A stretch of 64,000 nucleotides of DNA from the human T2T-CHM13v2.0 reference genome, Homo sapiens: the NCBI RefSeq assembly GCF_009914755.1, contig NC_060937.1. The stretch is one strand, 5' to 3'. The notes below the pieces were generated by a model that saw only the letters and a list, made by a program, of their open reading frames with translations, was not told the origin of the DNA and did no database searches. How positions within the stretch are numbered: the stretch's first letter is position 1; each line of letters opens with the position of its first letter. The translations under genes and the position numbers were made by a program. Shown here piece after piece: positions 27,930 through 42,345 of this stretch.

Positions 27930-28870
27930 TGGCAGGTATTTACTGAGTGCCTGTCATGTCAGGCATCTGGGAGAGACTAGGGTGAAGCCAGGCACAAAAC
28001 CACACATTCAACAGTGAATTGCATGCATGATGTATTACCATTATTATAGTGAGTATGATGAAGAACAGGATGTTTTGAGAGCATATAACAGGATCTCACC
28101 TGAGTTGGCAATTGGGGAAGGTTTCTGAGGCAGGGCAGTGAAGCCAAGAGGAAGGACCTGTAGGAGAACCTTTGGTGAAGAGGAGGGATGGGCTTTTCCA
28201 GCAGGGGGAATGGCATTGGGATGTTCCCATGTCTGAAGGGGACAAGGAGTTGGGAGGAACTGACAAAAGACCACTGAGGCCTGAGGTGTGGAGGCAGGTG
28301 CTGCATGGGCAGTTGGAGAGGGAAGATGTGAGATTACTCTGAGAAGTAGAAAGGGAGCTAGGAAGGCATTGAAAACTTTTAAGCATGGCGGTGTCTGGGC
28401 TAGATATGTATTAAAAACAATACTCTGGGCCAGGTGCGGTGGCTCACACCTGTAATCCCAGCACTTTAGGAGGCTGAGGCAGGAGGATTGTTTGAGCCCT
28501 GGAGTTTGAGACCAGCTTGAGCATAACAGAGAGACCCTGTGGTGTGCACCTGTAGTCCCAGCCACTCGGGATGCTGGGAAGATCCTTTGTGACCAGGAGT
28601 TGAAGGCTGCAGTGAGCTGTGACCATGCTCCTACATACAGTGAGTATGACTGTACTCCTGGGTGACAAAATAAGACCCCATCTCAAAATAAACAAATGAT
28701 ACTCTAAATGCAACATATGGAATGGATTTTGGGAGCAGTGGTGGAGTGGGAGACCAGTTACAAGGCTAACTGAATAGCCTTTTAACCAGTTAAAAGGCTA
28801 ACAAATACCAAAGGCAAAAAGTGATGGGGTGGTGGTGGGGGACAGAAGTTGAGTTGAGAACAAAATTAAG
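27930..28870 (-). mobile_element. L2 fragments split by Alu
   Basis: tatttactgagtgcctgtcatgtcaggca (antisense L2 3' end); gaagg...gaggc...gggagaccagtta. Confidence 0.6.
28428..28696 (+). mobile_element. AluJ-like lacking central linker
   Basis: ggccaggtgcggtggctcacacc...gagaccctgt|ggtgtgcacctgtagtcc; TSD atactct on both sides. Confidence 0.92.
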
Positions 28871-31800
28871 AGGTGGAATTAACAAAAAAGTTTATGGAGG
28901 ATAAAGAATATAATTTATAGATGCTGATAAATACAGAGGTAGCTGTACTAAAAAAAAAACCTAAAGTATTTGTTAAAAAACAAAAGACAAAACCACCAAC
29001 TAAAACAACCAACTAATCAACCTAAGATTAAATTAAAACCAAGACCCAGGTCTGGAAAAAAAAAAAAAGATCAGCTTTAACAAGTGAATACATGGTATTT
29101 TTAAAAACACGATTATTCCTTCAAAATAGTGCCTACAGTGTCTTTCAAAAAGTTGCCTTTCTCTTTTTCAAATCGTGTAAGATGTGTCATATAAGATTTG
29201 GGTGTTTTCCCTTTGCCGATGGTTGGAGAGTGGTGATGTGTCTTGCGAAATTAAACCACAGAGAACGTCGATTTGAAACTTTCGGAGTTTCGGAGAAACT
29301 GGCCCTAGCTCAGCTGCCAGTGACCAGTGAGATGGATTCAGAATGTTGTCCTAGTGAGGGTGCTCAGTGACAACGCAGGTCAGAGGCAGGGCCGGCTGCG
29401 ACTCCACAGACAGACTCACAGCCACAGCGTCTACAATACACACAGCTGCTGCCTGGCTGCGTGACAAAGGTGTCTTGGCAGAAGCATTTTGGCTGTCTGA
29501 AATACAGCCTTTGCACAATCCTGAGACTATATTTTACAAGTTCATTTTCTAACATCCAGGCACGCTTTTATGGCATCTGGAGCATTTTGCTGAATGACTT
29601 GGTAGTGCACTGCTGACCAGACAGCACATTTCCAGATTTAGATTATAAGAGAAAAACAGCAAGTGGTAAGTTCAGCTGCAGGTCAATGGATACTTATACT
29701 ACAGTTCCCTCACTGAGCACTGGGCTACTTTATCCCATGGGGACCAATCCTGTAAAGTGTATTCAACAGAGATGGCCCTAGGTGTTTGCTTTTATGGTTG
29801 TTAGCCACATTCACACTGGGAATGTGCTGTTATCACATTGTAAACATTATTCTTAATATCAGAAAGAAAACTGGGGAGAGTGTCAAGAATTGGCATGCAC
29901 AAACTGATAGAATTGCCAGTGGACGTTCTTATTTTCTGAGCATTTATGAGCTGCAGGAGGTAGGTGCAGTCTGTAAAACAAAGGTGGTGAGAAACATTAA
30001 CCATTTTTTATTGATTTTATTTCAAACTGTGTACATCTTACACGTTTTAGGTTCTTTGTAATGTTGGGATAATTTGGAGGGGACATAATGATGTTCACTG
30101 ACAAATAGCTTTCTGAAAAAGTCAGGAGTTCATACATTATCCTGCATTGATGAAAGACTTTCAGCCTTTCAAAGCATTATTAGACTTACTACTTAAAATT
30201 TTTGCCCAGCTTGTTCAATTTTACTCTTAAGAAGAAGGGAGGGTTAAAAAAATAGTAGTATTAAATATATGAAATCTTAATTTTAAATGATGGCTGTCAT
30301 CAAGTGTGCCCTCAATGAGAACAAACATTTTTATACATTTGTACTAGAGATGCCCAGTATTGCTTGCTCACCCTCAGTCCCTGTTGTCTTTAATAATCGT
30401 GTTATATACAACACAATTTCACCCTGTCTGTTCCTTCAGCCTACCCCTGTTCCATACCTTCCCCAGCTATTAGACTTGGGTGGTCCCTTGACTTCACATC
30501 CAGAAATGTCTACAGCTCAGACTGACCAGTTACCAGGTTCTGTGTGCACTGGCCTACACAGATATTATGAGTCCTTCAGAATCAGAAGATGGGAAACTGA
30601 AGCCTATGCCAGCCAACCAAAAAGGTCATAGGTAGACTGATAGCTAAGGCAGCCATTTTGGTCATGTGCAAGGTATCAGTTGGTAAAGGGAAAAAAATGA
30701 AACTCACATGTAGAGAGAGATGTGATTAAAGAAAGAAAAGAAGTAAGTAACTGCCTGGGATCCTGATAGTTTCTGAGCCAGACCTAGGCCATTTATCTTT
30801 AAAATAAATCGACTTTTTCCTTGAGGTAACCTGAATGAGGCTCAATCTTTACAGCCAAAGAAAAATTATCCTTATCAGTGATGTCTGCCTGGTGGCTGGT
30901 GAATGGTAAAAACTGGCAGGAGAGACCAATCCGATGGGAAATCAAGTTCAGGTAGGAAATTTGGTTTTAAACCATAGAGAATATTTAAGATTGCTACTTC
31001 CTTATTCAGACCTGGTCACTGTGGAGCAATCATCATTACTCCCATTTATCCAAGGCATAGCTGTACATAAGTTTTGTCTCACCTTGGGTGAGATTTCCTT
31101 AAAATAAAATACTATAATCATAATGGCTTACTTATGCTTTGGCTTTCATAAAACAAAACAACAACTATGCAAAACCTACCTGTGTCCTCTGTGGTTGGAT
31201 TGAAAAAAAAGGGGGTAGGTTGTGAAATTAAGCTGAGGACGTGACCATGTGTCTGATGACTAAGATGGAACCCATGTAGGAGTTGAGTCAGTAATAACAT
31301 GCCTCTTGCTGCAGCTCAAGTTGCCTGCAAACCCCCACGCTTTTTAGCAAATATTATTTTGAATGTCAGAGTGCACAGAGCCGTTCTCTAGGGTTGGGCT
31401 AAATTTGACTCTGTGGGAGAATAAACCTAGAATTCCAAATGTGGTGATCCCAACAGAGTATGTGATGCAAGACCAATTTTCCACTTGTGCCGGGTGGGTT
31501 TGTTCAAATCTCACACAGAAATGAGAGATGCCAGACGGGGTGTTGACTTGCCCCAAACATAAGGTAGTAATTTAGGTTTTATTTTAAATAAGAATTAGAG
31601 TCTGGGTAATCCAAAATTTTAATTTAGAAAGGAGCCTGGGAGAATGGCAGAAGACAAGAGCTAGGCAGCCCTGTGAAGAAGGGTTAGGAGTGGAGCGATG
31701 AGGCCTCGTGTGCTTCAGTCCAGTTCTGGAAGAGCTGATTTGTAGTAAAAAAGAGGCAACTCTAAATCTGTGTCTTAGCATGGTTTTGTAGAAAAGCCTA

Positions 31801-32169
31801 AAGGTGATTCTGGGTGCTGTGATTTGAGGTAGTAGTTTCTTTCTTTAATGTGCAGATAATAGAGTAAACTTTAATGATTAAAGCATTATAAGCTGACTGC
31901 AGTGTTTAAACACTGACCCAGTTTCAGCAGTGACCTAATAAGGGTGGCCTGGGAGAAGGGGGGGCTCAGGGGCAGCTTGGAAGAAATAGGTCAAAAGGAT
32001 TTCTCCCAGTTCTTCTCAGGCAGACACAATGGGACTTGGCATTCTTTGTGCAAAGCCTGGCGGTTGCATGAAGAATTTTCTCCTGAAATGCTCCTCTATG
32101 CAATTTACTCTTGGTTCAAGTCGATGCTTGTGATGCTGGGTCATTCTTTTGGTTTGAGGAGGATGTAGT

Positions 32170-32290
32170 GTATTCATTCAACAAATATTTATTGAGCACC
32201 TACTATATCTGAGGTACCATGTGGATGGCTAAGAATACAGTAGTGAATAAAACAGTGTCTGTTCTCATGGAGCTTACTTTCTAGTGGAGA
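32170..32290 (-). mobile_element. L2 3' end
   Basis: ttcattcaacaaatatttattgagcacctacta...ctcatggagcttac. Confidence 0.88.
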
Positions 32291-32294
32291 AAAG

Positions 32295-32510
32295 CCTGAG
32301 TTCAAATCCTGACTCAATCAGTTATCAGCTTGGTGAGTTACTTAACCTTGGGTAAGTTAACCTGTCTGTCCCTTTGGTTTCCATATCTGTAAAATGGGAT
32401 GACAAAATTGTACTTACCCCGTAAGACTGTCATGAGGATTAAATTGAGGCCACACATGTAAAGAGCTTACAACAATGAATGCTTTGTAGCAAGGACTTCA
32501 TATAAACAAT
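32295..32510 (+). mobile_element. MIR
   Basis: cctgagttcaaatcctgactc...ggtttccatatctgtaaaatggga...tgaggattaaat. Confidence 0.85.
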
Positions 32511-33939
32511 TACATGTCAAAGTGAGTGAATGAGCTTTAGTTGTCCAAAGATGGAAGAACAATGAAAACATTCATATGGAATTCTCATGGGTCTGGAATA
32601 AGCATTTAAGCAAGGCCTTCTACTGAATATGGCTATCAGGTGTGGAGTTCAAAATGTGTGAAAAACCAAGAGACCCAGAAACCCTCATTTAAGCAAACAG
32701 CCTTTGAAACAGAAGCCTGACTTTAGCTATCACATTCATATTCTTATGCCAAGAGAGATCCTGCATAGAATTAGTAGGTAATATTAAAACTTTGGTTTCT
32801 TTTAGGGAGGGAGATGTTACCCTTGTCCCAGTGGAAGACTTGTCATGTGAATTTGCTGGTAGCCTCCCTGGGGTTGTGAGACATTGACACCACATTATAC
32901 TTTGCATGGGGAAGAGTGATTTGCTAACTCAGTTTTTATATGATATCCTGAGAAATCTGTGATTTCTCATCCTGCTGTCAACGTGCATTAGACTGTTGGA
33001 GCTGAACTGTCACTCCACCACCTTTCAGCTCAATTTCTTTATCTGTAAAACAAAAGAAGCTGAAAGAGTGACCTTCGGTTAAAGCCGTAGGACCCTAGGA
33101 ACCAGTCCTTCATAAATTTATGTCCACATAGCTGAGATACCTGCAATATTGCATCCCAGATATCAAAGCACACATATCTCACTTTAAGTTGATGCTTACT
33201 CATACCTGGAGTAGATGCTGATGGGTGTTGGTTCTGTTATGTCTATAGACATGATGCTCTTTAAATAGAAAGGCATTTGTTCATCCCAGATGCTTCAGTT
33301 TGTATGGTCTTCTCCCTTGAGATTTCCAAATATGGTTCTGGAGGAAATGGGTACATATTCTTTCTTTTTGGAGCAAAGGCTTTTTGGAACAAGGGCCATG
33401 TTGCTGATGAAAATGTTATATTGGGTCTCATGGCAATTCCTTTATTGCTTTCTTGACCCTGTGTCATTCAGGGAGTGTCAAAAACCACATGGTGCTTCTG
33501 AGACCTACAATTTTTGCATTTAGTTCTCTGATTTAGCTGACAGATGTTAAAACACAGATATAGCCAGATAACTCCCCAGTGACAACACAGATGCAAAAAC
33601 TGAAAAGTGCAGTTACTCCAGCTTGGGGAGGGATTATATTGGATATTCAAAATTTTCCCTACTGAAGCCCTTACATTTTTCATGTGTTTCTGTTAGGCTA
33701 ATGTGGCTTAGGTTAGAGGAAACTGAGTCTCTTTCCTTCTGGTTGATTCAATCATTCATATCCTCAAGAAAATGTGCCAATCTGGAGCTCAGGAGATCCT
33801 GAGAATATTAACAATAACAGCAGGCTCAAGTCTCTTTTATGGCTGGCAGGGCTCTGACAGAACAACTTTGGGTCTGAAGAGAAATAAAACAAAAAAGATC
33901 TGAGATCTGGAGGGAAATTTCATTGGGACTTACCCAGTC

Positions 33940-34480
33940 ATTTTATGGATTAGGAAATACGAGGCCTACAGTGACTTTCTCGGGGTCACAGATAGGAGTA
34001 ACAGAACCAGGGCTAGATCTAGGTCTCCTAACTTGCAATTGAGTCTTTCCCCGTTGGTTCCTGGCCTCTCGTGTGTCCCCTGCATCTCCCTGAGGTTTAC
34101 CCTTGAGATTGGTGTTGGGGACTGTGACACATGGTGGAGGCTGCAGTAGGGCCTCTGGCTCTCTCCAGTCTTGGGCGTGCCTCATCTCAGCCCATTGCCT
34201 TTGGGGAAATGCTAGCCACAAACATAGTGAGTTAAATTCTTGGACTATCAGATATAGCTCAGACTTTCAAGATGATAAATAAAGAAACTGAGGTTCAAAG
34301 AGGGAATGTGACTCGCTCAGCAATTCAGAAAATCAATTAACAAATAATTATGGAGCACTTAGGATGTGCCGGGCCTGTGGAAACTGCTGGTGGGTGGGTG
34401 GGTAGGTGGGGGCGGGGGGCGGCATTTGACTAAGAATAAGACAGACAGGTTCTTACCCTGGAAGAATTTACCATCCAGGA
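33940..34480 (-). mobile_element. MIR and L2 relics
   Basis: gaggcctacagtgacttt...ggtcacag; aagaaactgaggttcaaagaggg; aacaaataattatggagcacttaggatgtgccggg. Confidence 0.55.
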
Positions 34481-35524
34481 ACAAGAGAGCAAACAGCCAC
34501 AAGTGGGAGGAATATTTAGAAGCGAGGAGTCCCCTTGGAGAACTTGACCTGGTCTGACAATCAGGAGCAGACTCGAATCTTCTGTTCCCTCTGTCGAGAT
34601 GCCTCGTCTCTCTAGGTCTTGCTGACTTGAATGTGTGTGGAGAGTTCAAAGCCAGGAAAGGATATGTTTGAGGTAACCTGCTTTCCTACCCTATTTAGAT
34701 TTTAGGTTAATTTTAAAAATGTTTCCCTTTTGTATAAGATTATTTTGATGCTTTTAGACCCTATCATTACCCTATTATTTATTACACTGAAGAATCTATT
34801 TAAATATTGGCCTCACTACAGGCCACCCTCAAAGTGGGCCAGTTCTTAGGGCTCATAGGGGAACTATGACCCAGTGTACCCCTACAGAAAAGCCACTGTC
34901 TCCATGGCTTCTGGTTGCCTCTAGATAGAAATCTAAAAGCCCACTGATGAGTTTGTGACATTTAGCAATTGCCAACCTTTGCCTAGACTACCATCATGTG
35001 TCCTGGGAAGATGCCCCCTTCCTGATCCACAGACCTCTTTTCTCCATGTTGTATTTCTCGGGATTTGGAACTTTTCTAGATGACAGTTGTTTTTCTTGCT
35101 CAAAGGGAGGGTAGCATGCCTTTCTCTGAGCCATGTTCCCCCGCCCCCTTCCACTTAGAGCCTGCCTCTTTCTGACCAGCTCCACCTGCCCCTGCAGCAG
35201 CCCTACTGCCCTATGTACCAGCTGCAACTGGTTTTGTGTATGATTATGTATTTAAAACAATTTGTGTTCCTGTCTCTTTTCATTATGTCCATCCTCTCTA
35301 CTCCTCTGGATTACAAGTGTCGTGAGAAGGGGGGTTGAGGCTCCTATTTCCTGTAGGGCTTAGATTACTGAGGCGCAGTTGGCTGGCGGCTGGGCAGACT
35401 GAACCCTGCTGTTCAAAGGCAGATGGGAGAGCCGGGGCGGGGGATCTGAGCCACCAGCCCAGTGGTCCAGAGCAGTTGTCTGAGGCAGGACACCAGGCTG
35501 CAACACTAATTTGCCATGTGACTC

Positions 35525-35828
35525 TATTTTATTTTATTTTATTTTTGAGACAGGGTCTTGCTCTGTCACCTAGGCTGGAGTGCAGTGGCGTGATCTCAAC
35601 TCACTGCAACCTCCACCTCCTGGGTTCAAGCAATTCTCCTGCCTCAGCTTCCTAAGTAGCTAGGATTACAGGCATGCGCCAACGCGACCAGCTAATTTTT
35701 GTATTTCTAGTAGAAACGGGGTTTCACTATGTTGGCCAGGCTGGTTTTGAACTCCTGATCTCAAGCAATCTGCCTGCCTCAGCCTCCCAAAGTGCTGGGA
35801 TTACAGGCGCAAGCCAGAGCGCCCAGCC
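35525..35828 (-). mobile_element. AluS
   Basis: TSD gccatgtgact at 35513-35523 and 35829-35839. Confidence 0.96.
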
Positions 35829-36774
35829 GCCATGTGACTTTAGACTGGATTTCAGTTTCCTTGTCTAAGTGTCTCCTCATGTCGGGATCCTGTGGTGTGA
35901 TGTCTGGGAGAGTACCCTGAACTTAGTACTTAAAGTATTAAGACTATGTCATAATGTCTCATTCTTAGACCCTGTCGAGTATGTGTAGGGCCGGAAAATG
36001 TCCTTCAGGCTTCTTTGAGTTGGGTCTGGATCCTGAACCACTAGGTTTTAATCCTTGTCCTCATCAGAGGGACAGACAGTATTGAGTGACCCAGGGGACA
36101 AAGTCAAAATGGCTGTGGGCACTGGCAAGAGAGGAGGCTCTCAAATAAGGAAACAATGGCATGAAAAAGTTTTAACATTATATATATATATATATATAGT
36201 TAATACACATGCTTGTATGTTTTTGTGTATGTTCATGTGTGTATGTGTATGTATATAAAAGCATCAAAATTGATATATATCATAGGGAAAACCAAAACTT
36301 GGTAAGATTTCATTTTACCCGTTTTACAGTCTAAACCTTAAAACTGCTTGCAATTTTAATTATCAATGAGGAATGGACATAATAATCTGTTCAGTGCTCA
36401 GGGGCTCTGAAGCCCTTAAATTCTTGATGTAGGAACTCTCCCTCCAACCCAGAGTGCCAGGGTTTTGCTTGCCACCTCTTCTGATCTGTCCTTACCTTCT
36501 CCGTGTTTTCCATTGGTGAAGATACATCTATGTCTCAGCTCAAGCCCTGCTCCCATTGCATTGGAACAGTGTGTAGCTGTGCACACTGTCCACACTTAAG
36601 AAAGGGTGATGCCAGACTCAAAAAGCCTTGGGGAAGAGAAAGCTCATCCCCTTTAGATGAAAGAAATCCTGGAGTGAGGCCAGGTGGAATATTCTCAAGT
36701 CATTCCTGATGTGTCATTTGTCTACAGCAGAGCAAATTATGGCTGCCTTTTATGGGCATTTGAAAGGCCAAAGG

Positions 36775-37268
36775 CAGCGATCCACTCTGAGTATATACCC
36801 CAAAGAATTGAAAGCAGGGTCTTGAAGAGATATTTACATAGTCATGTTCACAGTAGCATTATTCACAATAGCCAAGAATGTTGATTGCAACCCAACCCAA
36901 ATGTTCATTGACAGATGAGTGGATAAAATATGGTATGTACATATTCTATACATATGTCTACATTAGGCTAAATGAATTAGCCAGTCATAAAAAGATAAAA
37001 ACTGTAGGATTCTAGTTGTATGAGGTACCTAGAGTAGTCAAATTCATAGAAACAGAAAGTGGAACAGTGATTGCTTGGGGTTGTGGGAAGGAGGAAATGG
37101 AGAGTTATTGCTTAATGGATGTGGAGTTTCAGCTTTGCAAGATAAAAAGAGTTCTGAAGATTGCACAACAGTGTGAGTGTACTTAACACTACCGAACTGT
37201 ACACTTAAAAATGGTTAAGATGGTGAATTTTATGTTATATGTATTTTACCACAATTAAAAACAAACAA
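36775..37268 (+). mobile_element. L1MB-like 3' end
   Basis: ataccccaaagaattgaaagcagg...gtagtcaaattcatagaaacagaaag...aactgtacacttaaaaatggttaagatgg...ttttaccacaattaaaa. Confidence 0.92.
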
Positions 37269-37271
37269 ATC

Positions 37272-37382
37272 CTAATGCCCAGGCTGCACCACAGACCAAT
37301 TAAATCAGAATCTCTGTGGGTGGCTTTCAGATATCCTTATTTTTTCAATTTCCCCAGGCTAAGCTAAGGTGGAGAACCACTG
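37272..37382. mobile_element. MER5-like hAT-Charlie fragment
   Basis: atgcccaggctgcaccacagaccaattaaatcagaatctctg...gagaaccactg. Confidence 0.8.
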
Positions 37383-37670
37383 GACCAGAGGCAGGAAATG
37401 CAATCTTGAGGTGGTAGCTGTAAACCAGGGGTGAAATGAAAAGAATGGAATCACAGGGAATAAAACAAATTGGATGGTTTGGACAGTCAGTCTTCAGCGA
37501 TAGATCAGATATGGAACGAAGGAAAGAAGAAGGAAAAAGAAAAATAATGGATCAAAGAAGTTTCCAAGGGCCTAGACTAAATTGTGGATTTATGGAAAAA
37601 CTGAATGTTTATTGGTAGGTGTTGGGAGTGATTATTTATTTTAGTTTATGGTAATGCAGGTAGAAATTTC

Positions 37671-37944
37671 TTAGAGGCAGCTGGAAATTTTCATTGCCAA
37701 AATTATTCATGTATTTCCCTTGTAGAAGCCAGAGTTTCATTTTACAGTAAAAATGAACTTTTAAAAAAACATTTGTTCATTTATTTGTTTCTTTTTAAGT
37801 GTTTAATTGTTAGAGGCAGCTGGAAATTTTCATACTCAAAATTATTCATGCATTTCCCCCATGGAAGCCAGAGTTTCATTTTACATTAAAAATTAACTTT
37901 TAAAAAATATTTGTTCACTTATTTGCTTCTTTTTAAGCATTTAA
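37671..37944. repeat. 139-bp tandem duplication
   Basis: ttagaggcagctggaaattttcat...gaagccagagtttcattttaca...tttttaag..tttaa at 37671 and 37810. Confidence 0.95.
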
Positions 37945-38488
37945 CGGACAGATAAAGAGTGAATACATTAAAATTATACAACATGATGATTTGATATAAG
38001 TATACATTGTAATGATTATCATAATCAAATTAATGAACACATTCATCACCACCCATGCTGTACATTAGATCCCCAGACCTTGTTCATCTTATAAACTGAA
38101 AGTTCGTGCCTTTTGATCAACATCCTCCCACTTTCTCCAGTCCCCTGGCCCTGGCAACCAGCATTTTACTCTCTGTTTCTATGAGTTTGACTTTTTTAGA
38201 TTCTAAATATAATTGGGGTTATGCAGTATTTGTCTTTCTGTGTCTGGCTCATTTGACTTAGCATAATGTCTTCCAGGTTCATCCATGTTGTTGCAAATGA
38301 CAGGATTTCCTTCTTTTTTATGGCAGAATAATATTCGATTGCATATATGTATCTGTATCCATTCATCTGTTGATGGATGCTTAGGTTAATCCCATATCTT
38401 GGGTATTTTGAATAATGCTGCATTGAACATATGATTGCAGATATTTTTTTGAGCCATCGATTTCATTTTCTTTGGATATTTTTATCCA
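37940..38488 (-). mobile_element. L1MA/L1MB-like 3' end
   Basis: ORF 38196..38423(-) 'EYYSAIKKKEILSFATTWMNLEDIMLS' is the L1 ORF2 tail. Confidence 0.93.
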
Positions 38489-39299
38489 AAAAACCCCAAA
38501 ACAACAACAACAACAACAAAAGAAGAAAAATTGCCCAGGGAGCATTATATCTTCAGGAGCCAAGAATAAACCTAGTTTCAGAGTTCCTTTTGGCAAAGCC
38601 ATGAAGTTGGAGAGCTTTGTCTGTGGCAATCCTTCTCTTGCTGTCTCCTACCTGCCTCTGAATGTTCTGTGGGCCTCCACTTTCTCAGGATCCCATTCAA
38701 GTCACATTGCCCTGTTCCTCCTCTCTTTCTAGAAATTCCTGGTAAACAAGTAAATCCCATAGTAAACAAATTTGCGTGAAGGCAATAGAAACTCCCACAC
38801 TATTTTTTCTAAGAGCATTCACATTTTTAAAATAAATGGAATGAAGAGATCAATACTTATTATAAAATAATAAAACTAGAATGGTGATATTTCAGGAAGG
38901 AGAAATTTTGGATAAGATTGCCATTTCTGGCCTCTTGGAAGCACCTCTGTAAATAGTTCTGCTTAGGTGTTCAGACCTGGGTGGGCAAGAGGGGTATTCA
39001 GTGATTTGCATGGACCCAGAGAGTCAGCAGATGGGTGCTGGGAGGAGGATACTGAGTCACATATGTGGTCTAGACATATGGATGATGGGAAAGAAAAGTC
39101 ATTTATGACATTAAATATATCACCTTCCAGTGCCACTAAATCATGTTTTCTGAGCAGAGCAGAGTCACAGCTCCCTACTTTACCCTGTGGTATTCAGCAG
39201 GCCAAAGATTTAAGGAAGGACTTAAAAAGTGTCCTTTGGATGCCTTCATCACAGTGCCTGAAATTGCATGCTGTGACTACAAGCCTTTGTCATGTTTAC

Positions 39300-41882
<2,583 letters not shown>

Positions 41883-41999
41883 TTTACTTTGGACAATTTA
41901 AGCAGGAAAGTCCAGGCTACTCCTGGAAATGACGATAACAAGAAAGAGACAAAGCACCTGAAAAAGCATGTAGAGTTGTTGAGCTTTTATCTTTCTTTC

Positions 42000-42345
42000 T
42001 GGTTCAGCATCTGGCATAGTAGGTGCTAGACTGACACTTGTTGAATGAATGGAGGTATAGTAGAAATAGCTTCTCTGGGATTAATTTTATGGTTTGTAGT
42101 TTTGTTGCACTATGTATGGGTGGCATGTTGAAGGAAAACCCTGAAGGCCTAGATTCCAGTCCCACTTTCGCCACTCATTACTTCTGTGACATTGGCCCAG
42201 ACACTTTGACTTCTCTGGATCTCATTTCCTACTTGTAAAACAGGGACAATAATGCTGTCCTTCTCATGCACATGGTTGTTATTTGCATTAAATGAGATAA
42301 TGGGCATGAAAGCAATGGAAAACTCTTAAGGTACTCTACAAATAT
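42000..42345 (+). mobile_element. L2 3' end followed by MIR
   Basis: ctggcatagtaggtgct...ttgttgaatgaatg; ttccagtcccac...tgtgacattgg...ctcatttcctacttgtaaaacaggg...attaaatgagataat. Confidence 0.75.

Noticed and set aside
28197-28212. CCAGCAGGGGGA as a CTCF site (also the reverse motif near 3041-3056)
   Set aside because: Mismatch at the highly conserved final C of the core; expected by chance.
30855-30951. 97-nt plus-strand exon (tttacag|...cag|gtagga) with one open frame
   Set aside because: Short polypyrimidine tract, frame-shifting length, unrecognisable Trp-rich peptide.
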